A stretch of 64,000 bases of DNA from Oligoflexales bacterium (GTDB lineage Bacteria; Bdellovibrionota_B; Oligoflexia; Oligoflexales; JAPPIL01). The first letter of the stretch is position 1, and every line of letters begins with the position of its first letter. The stretch spans positions 160,001 through 224,000 of the forward strand of contig OZ244057.1 of NCBI GenBank assembly GCA_965215515.1. The letters are read 5' to 3'. The position numbers and the translations under genes are program-made. The notes below the pieces were generated by a model that saw only the letters and a program-made list of their open reading frames with translations, was not told the DNA's origin and did no database searches. Below, in pieces: positions 59,656-64,000 of the stretch.

Positions 59656-61308
59656 TTAGGCTCGGAACAGTTCGCCGATTTTTTTGCCCAAGACGAGTGA
59701 TGCCGCGATGATACATGCCGAGAGGATGAGCATCCCGATGACACCGAGGGCACTGGCGAGGAATTCGCCGCTCTCCTGTTCTAAAAACAGCACGTAGATG
59801 GCTTTGGTGAGGGGGTAAGCGTGTTCCTTCATGGCGAGAATGAGCGAGTCGGAGACATCTAGCATTGCGTAGGAGAAGCATAGCAGTGCTCCTGCGATGA
59901 GGTTGGCGGTTATCAGTGGGGCGGTAATTTTGACAATTGTCTGCAAGCGTGAGGCACCGAAAATATACGAAGCCTCTTCGAGGCTGATGTTGGTCTGTTC
60001 GAACCCTGCGACGGCTGAGCGCACCATGAAGGGTAAGCGTCTGATCCCGTAGGCGATGACGAGCAGCGGAATAGGGTTGGTGAGCGGGTCGAGCGGGGTG
60101 TCCGTGTAGGTGACGACGTAGCCGAAGGCGAGCACGATGCCTGGCAAGGCGAGGGGAATCATGGCGATGCTGTCGAGGACGTTGGCGAACGGGATTAAAC
60201 GCCGTGTGACGATAAAGGCGATCGTGGTGCCGAGCATGAGGTCGAATGCGGTGGCTAACGATGACAGCATCAGGCTGTTCTTGATGCTCAAGCTGGGTAA
60301 CTCCTGCACGAACACCATTTCGTAGTGTGAGAGGGTGTATTGGTCGGGGAAGGCGGTCATGAACCAGCTTTCGGTTAGACTGGTCAGCACCACGCCGAGG
60401 TGTGGGATTAGGGCGACGATGGTAGTGGTGAGAAAACAAACATAGATTAGGGCTAAGGCACCGCGGTGTTGTATTTTTTTAACTGCGCTGGTGACGTGTC
60501 CGCGTGCCATCATCTGGTATTTCTTGGGTGAGATGGCGGTTTTGGAGATTAGAAACAGCGTCACGGTAATCACAACGACGATGAAGACCAGTGCGTAGCC
60601 GAGGGGGTTTTCCTGTGCGTCGGTGACTAGGTTAAAAATTTGCACGGGCACGGTTTCGTGGTATCCGATCAGCAGTGGTGTACCGAGATCGGTCACAGCC
60701 CAGATGAAAACAATTATTGCCCCTGCGAAGTAGCCAGGGCGTGCTAGGGGCCAGGTGATGTCGATGAAACGCCGATACCAAGGTGCGCCTGCGGTCTGTG
60801 CGGCCTCGTCCATGCTGGGGTCGACGTTGGCTAGGGCGGCGGTCAAGTTCAGGTATGTGATGGGGTAGAGATGCAGTGCCTCAAGAATTACGACGGCCCA
60901 GAACATGTTGGATGATGCCAGCCATTCGATCGGGCTGTCGATTATTCCTGCGTCCAGCAACAGTGTGTTGACCGAGCCGCGGCGAGCAAAAAAACGCAGC
61001 AGGCCGATTGCCCCCACGAACGGTGGCATGATCATCGGCACGAGCAGCAGCCCGCCGAGAATCCCTTTGCCGCGATAGTCGCAGCGTGCGTTGATGACTG
61101 CTAGGGGCAGACTGATAGCGGTAGCGAGAAGGGTTGTGGCAAAGCCGATGTTGATGCTGTTGATGATACTGTCGGTGTAGAGGGGGTTTTCTAGCAGCAG
61201 TGAGAAGTAAGTCAGTGACAGTTGGCCGTGGGGTAAAAACGCCTGTGCGACGATAACGCCGACGGGCAGCAGTAGAAAAAAAAACATGACCAGCAGGATG
61301 ACGGCCAC
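59656..61308 (-). CDS. Fe3+/FbpB-type ABC transporter permease (duplicated domain)
   Basis: Two EAA loops (DEAAQTAGA, EEASYIFGA); 5' end uncertain. Confidence 0.9.
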   Translation of the reverse strand: MAVILLVMFFFLLLPVGVIVAQAFLPHGQLSLTYFSLLLENPLYTDSIINSINIGFATTLLATAISLPLAVINARCDYRGKGILGGLLLVPMIMPPFVGAIGLLRFFARRGSVNTLLLDAGIIDSPIEWLASSNMFWAVVILEALHLYPITYLNLTAALANVDPSMDEAAQTAGAPWYRRFIDITWPLARPGYFAGAIIVFIWAVTDLGTPLLIGYHETVPVQIFNLVTDAQENPLGYALVFIVVVITVTLFLISKTAISPKKYQMMARGHVTSAVKKIQHRGALALIYVCFLTTTIVALIPHLGVVLTSLTESWFMTAFPDQYTLSHYEMVFVQELPSLSIKNSLMLSSLATAFDLMLGTTIAFIVTRRLIPFANVLDSIAMIPLALPGIVLAFGYVVTYTDTPLDPLTNPIPLLVIAYGIRRLPFMVRSAVAGFEQTNISLEEASYIFGASRLQTIVKITAPLITANLIAGALLCFSYAMLDVSDSLILAMKEHAYPLTKAIYVLFLEQESGEFLASALGVIGMLILSACIIAASLVLGKKIGELFRA

Positions 61309-61551
61309 CGTCCCCCAGCCCAGGGCTAGTGCCCCTCCACGCTGCCAGCTGCTCGCTACTCCGTGCTGTGGAATGGCACTCCCCCCTCGTGCTTTTCTTT
61401 TTTGCTCGCATACTTTTGCGTTGGGGTCAATAGCTATCAGCCTGCTCAGCTATGTTTATTTGCACGCGGGGAGTCGTTCACGCGGGCACGGCTGCCTGCC
61501 TTTAGTACCTTTCAAGCCACCTGTACTGGGGCCTGGCTTGCCTTTGTAGGT

Positions 61552-61563
61552 TGTAGATGCCCC
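61552..61563 (+). repeat. Dispersed motif copy 4 (TGTAGATGCCCC)
   Basis: Exact core, 17 nt past the stop of an orphan gene. Confidence 0.6.
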
Positions 61564-61580
61564 TCACCTCATGATTCTTT

Positions 61581-62762
61581 CTATCGAGTTATTAATTTGC
61601 TCGCGGTAGGGCATTGCGATCCAGGCATGCATGGTTTGAAGGTGAGTTTGGCGAACCTAGACAAGCCGCCGCGTGGTTTTAAGCTTATCCACATATCGTT
61701 GAGTTTGAGATCGCGGTCGTCGCGATAAAAGGTGATGTCTCCGAGGGTGAATTCTTCTTTGTCTTTGCTATCTTGGTGCTCGCTGGAGGTGGTGGCATGC
61801 ATCTCGTAACGGAGAGTACTATCTCCTTTTCTGCTGTCGTCAGGGAAGGCGGTAATTTTGAAATGTTTGTTCACACCGATAGCGTAGTAGAAGGTAAACA
61901 CGTGAGGTTGGTAGAGCTGTAGCAGTGCCTCGGCCAATTGCAAGCGTGCCCACTTGAGTTGGACAAAAGTGTGGGCTAGTTGTTTGAAATTGTCATCGCT
62001 TCGTGCTCGAGCATGAAAGTGCAAGTCTTCCACCCTCGGCGGCGGTGTAGACGTTCCGTTTGCTGGTAACTGTGTGGAGGTGGCAGTAGTTATGTACGTA
62101 TGCAAGTCATCTAGGATGCACTCTTCGCTGAGTTGTTTATATGAGATTTCGTCGCGTAGCTTTTCTTTTATTTTTTTAATTGCTGCGGTTATTTTCTTGT
62201 GTTCAAAAAGTCTTTTGCCAGCAAATTTAATCTCTTCTTGTGTGTCGAGGTTACTAAAGGCATAGTCGTTGTGTTTGGCGATATGTAGTTTGTGGAAATC
62301 AGGGTAACAGGACTTTGCTTTTCCCAGCAGTTTGTTTTCCTGTGTGGAGATTTCCTGTTCTTGTTTGTAGAGGTCGGCTATTTGTTGGCTGCGTTGTACA
62401 GCTAGCCATTTGATCCGTAGGGGGAGGGTGAAACCGTTATACTCATTGTCGGCCTGTGCGTAAGTTTCGTCGGTGTAGTAAGGCCCCGCGTGTTCTTCTG
62501 CGAAAAGATCCCTGCCTCTCTCGGTGGGAGAGATATAACCTGCGATCTCGATTTGCTCTCCTCGTCTGCTGGTTTTCACATGCATGTGGGCGATTGTCCC
62601 TTTCCTCGTCGCACGGATCGACCAACTAGTTATGTCGTCGTCAGTAGTTTTGGCTGTTCCTGCCTCTTGTGTCTCGATCTGGCAGGCGGCTACTGCCACA
62701 CACAGCGCACTGATCGCTACCCGTGTCTGTGTTTCTAGTTTCTCGAAAAACGCTAAGATCAA
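61581..62762 (-). CDS. Hypothetical lipoprotein
   Basis: VAAC lipobox; TTG start inferred just after the upstream stop. Confidence 0.65.
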   Translation of the reverse strand: MILAFFEKLETQTRVAISALCVAVAACQIETQEAGTAKTTDDDITSWSIRATRKGTIAHMHVKTSRRGEQIEIAGYISPTERGRDLFAEEHAGPYYTDETYAQADNEYNGFTLPLRIKWLAVQRSQQIADLYKQEQEISTQENKLLGKAKSCYPDFHKLHIAKHNDYAFSNLDTQEEIKFAGKRLFEHKKITAAIKKIKEKLRDEISYKQLSEECILDDLHTYITTATSTQLPANGTSTPPPRVEDLHFHARARSDDNFKQLAHTFVQLKWARLQLAEALLQLYQPHVFTFYYAIGVNKHFKITAFPDDSRKGDSTLRYEMHATTSSEHQDSKDKEEFTLGDITFYRDDRDLKLNDMWISLKPRGGLSRFAKLTFKPCMPGSQCPTASKLITR

Positions 62763-62769
62763 TGTACTC

Positions 62770-63471
62770 TCATTCTCCTGTTCCACTTGTCTGGCGCATC
62801 TCATTTTGGTAGACACGGTAGATGTGCTGGGCGTTCCTGCTGTTGTCGATGGCACCGTCAAATGCCTCGATATGCAGTTCACGTTTGGGGGTTTCGTCGG
62901 TGATCAGCACGAGGGTCAGGTTTCTGTCCTTGCCGCGGCTGCTCACTTGCAGTTGGTCTTTTCCGATGTTGTGAGGGAAAACTTCCCGCAGTGTAGTCAG
63001 CAGTTCGGTGATATTTTCACTGCTCCAGTTGTCGGCGATTGCACCGAGATCGTCGTAAGCAGGTAGCCTGATGATTGCCACACTGTAAACGTCGTGACCG
63101 CTAGGCGCGATTTGCAGGTGAAAACATGCCTCGCGGCTGTCACCGTAGCATAGGGCATTGACCGCCGAGATACTTATCACCCCGTGCTGTCCGTTGTAGG
63201 ATACTGAGAGCTTGTCACCCTCCAAATCGGGCAGGGTATTGAACCCGACCTTGCGCAATGCCCCCATAATCGCCTTCTTGGTCGTCTTCACCTCTGCGTC
63301 GGTAACTTCTGTGGTGTTCGCCCAGTTGCGTAGATTGTGCAGAGTTTCGCCTGTATACAACTCCGCCAGCGGATGTGCTTCGCCTCCAGCTTCTTTTATT
63401 GTGCTGCTGTGCTGGCTGTCCCGCAAACATCCCAGCACCGACAGCCCTATCAACACCGTAAACAGTTTCAT
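62770..63471 (-). CDS. Hypothetical lipoprotein
   Basis: SD GAGGAG, VLGC lipobox. Confidence 0.75.
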   Translation of the reverse strand: MKLFTVLIGLSVLGCLRDSQHSSTIKEAGGEAHPLAELYTGETLHNLRNWANTTEVTDAEVKTTKKAIMGALRKVGFNTLPDLEGDKLSVSYNGQHGVISISAVNALCYGDSREACFHLQIAPSGHDVYSVAIIRLPAYDDLGAIADNWSSENITELLTTLREVFPHNIGKDQLQVSSRGKDRNLTLVLITDETPKRELHIEAFDGAIDNSRNAQHIYRVYQNEMRQTSGTGE

Positions 63472-63567
63472 GCTATCTCTCCTCGTTATGGCCGAGCGTC
63501 CCTAGGTAGAGTCGGAAAAATAACTCTCAAAGTTGAGCTCAGAGGCGAAAAAAAAATGGCAAGCGGG

Positions 63568-63580
63568 TGTAGATGCCCCC
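63568..63580 (+). repeat. Dispersed motif copy 5 (TGTAGATGCCCCC)
   Basis: Exact core, 7 nt past the stop of the edge ORF. Confidence 0.6.
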
Positions 63581-63587
63581 ACAACTG

Positions 63588-64000
63588 TCAATGCCCTGGT
63601 TTAAATTCCAGCTCTGACTCCGACATCTCAATCCTGTCTTCATACATTAGCTTGGTGAAGCCATCATAATCGGATGCTAAACTGGAGATCATATCGATAA
63701 CGTTGTTGCGAAAGCCAGCATTGGTATGCTGCCAAACATATTTCATGGCGGGTACGCTCATAGTAAGACCTAGTGTGCCTGAAATAACAGCATACTTGCG
63801 CTTACGCTGCTTCTCCTTCAGCAGTTTCAAGCTGTAGGAGACGCGTTCCGAACTACCGCGCAGCAGTGCCCGTTCCAACATCAGATAGCGATTGCGGGCG
63901 ATGATATGTTTGGCCTGGGTCAGACCAATCCAGGGGAAGTTCGCCGCAGTACCGACCAAGGCGACATGACGCATCAAGTTGATCGCTCTCAGCCCAGGAA
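63588..64000 (-). CDS. Hypothetical membrane protein, 5'-partial (runs off the window)
   Basis: Frame open to the window end; hydrophobic-basic-hydrophobic layout. Confidence 0.55.
   Translation of the reverse strand, partial: PGLRAINLMRHVALVGTAANFPWIGLTQAKHIIARNRYLMLERALLRGSSERVSYSLKLLKEKQRKRKYAVISGTLGLTMSVPAMKYVWQHTNAGFRNNVIDMISSLASDYDGFTKLMYEDRIEMSESELEFKPGH

Noticed and set aside
61320..61550. Riboswitch (TPP/cobalamin) upstream of the ABC permease
   Set aside because: Conserved core motifs not found; the region is better explained as extended coding sequence
61545..61563. GTTGTAGAT resembles the 3' end of a Cas12a CRISPR repeat
   Set aside because: No TCTAC stem partner, no regular repeat-spacer array and no cas genes
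63503..63535. Possible sigma-28 promoter (minus strand, TCAA...TCCGAC) for 62770-63471
   Set aside because: -10 box too degenerate and spacing off

Overview
Gene-dense bacterial chromosome segment from a Gram-negative organism. My inference is a Bdellovibrionota/Oligoflexia-like lineage, based on the many orphan lipoproteins, CglB-like vWA proteins, a GGCG C-terminal sorting signal and sigma-28 promoters on secreted proteins; this is not proven. Housekeeping blocks include lolC/E-lolD-bamA-skp-fabZ-lpxA-ribF, lpxD, rpoD, aspS, lepB, a lytic transglycosylase, trmD-rpsP, hemF, hemD, ruvC, phoU and a class I aldolase. They alternate with lineage-specific secreted genes. Best leads: (i) an ~8.4-kb locus (51.2-59.6 kb) with two Cys-rich GH73 peptidoglycan-hydrolase lipoproteins divergent from three paralogous vWA/MIDAS lipoproteins, with sigma-28-like promoters; (ii) three tandem paralogous lipoproteins behind rpoD that share N- and C-terminal scaffolds but have exchanged central cores; (iii) a dispersed intergenic motif TGTAGAT(G/A)CCC in 5 copies, always beside orphan genes; (iv) a set of TAAA-N15-GCCGATAA-type promoters before secreted proteins; (v) a truncated TIR-like remnant plus an intact membrane protein at the left edge; (vi) a NadC homolog with altered catalytic motifs. 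I saw no rRNA, tRNA, CRISPR array or intact transposase. All calls come from motif recognition by eye, with no database searches.
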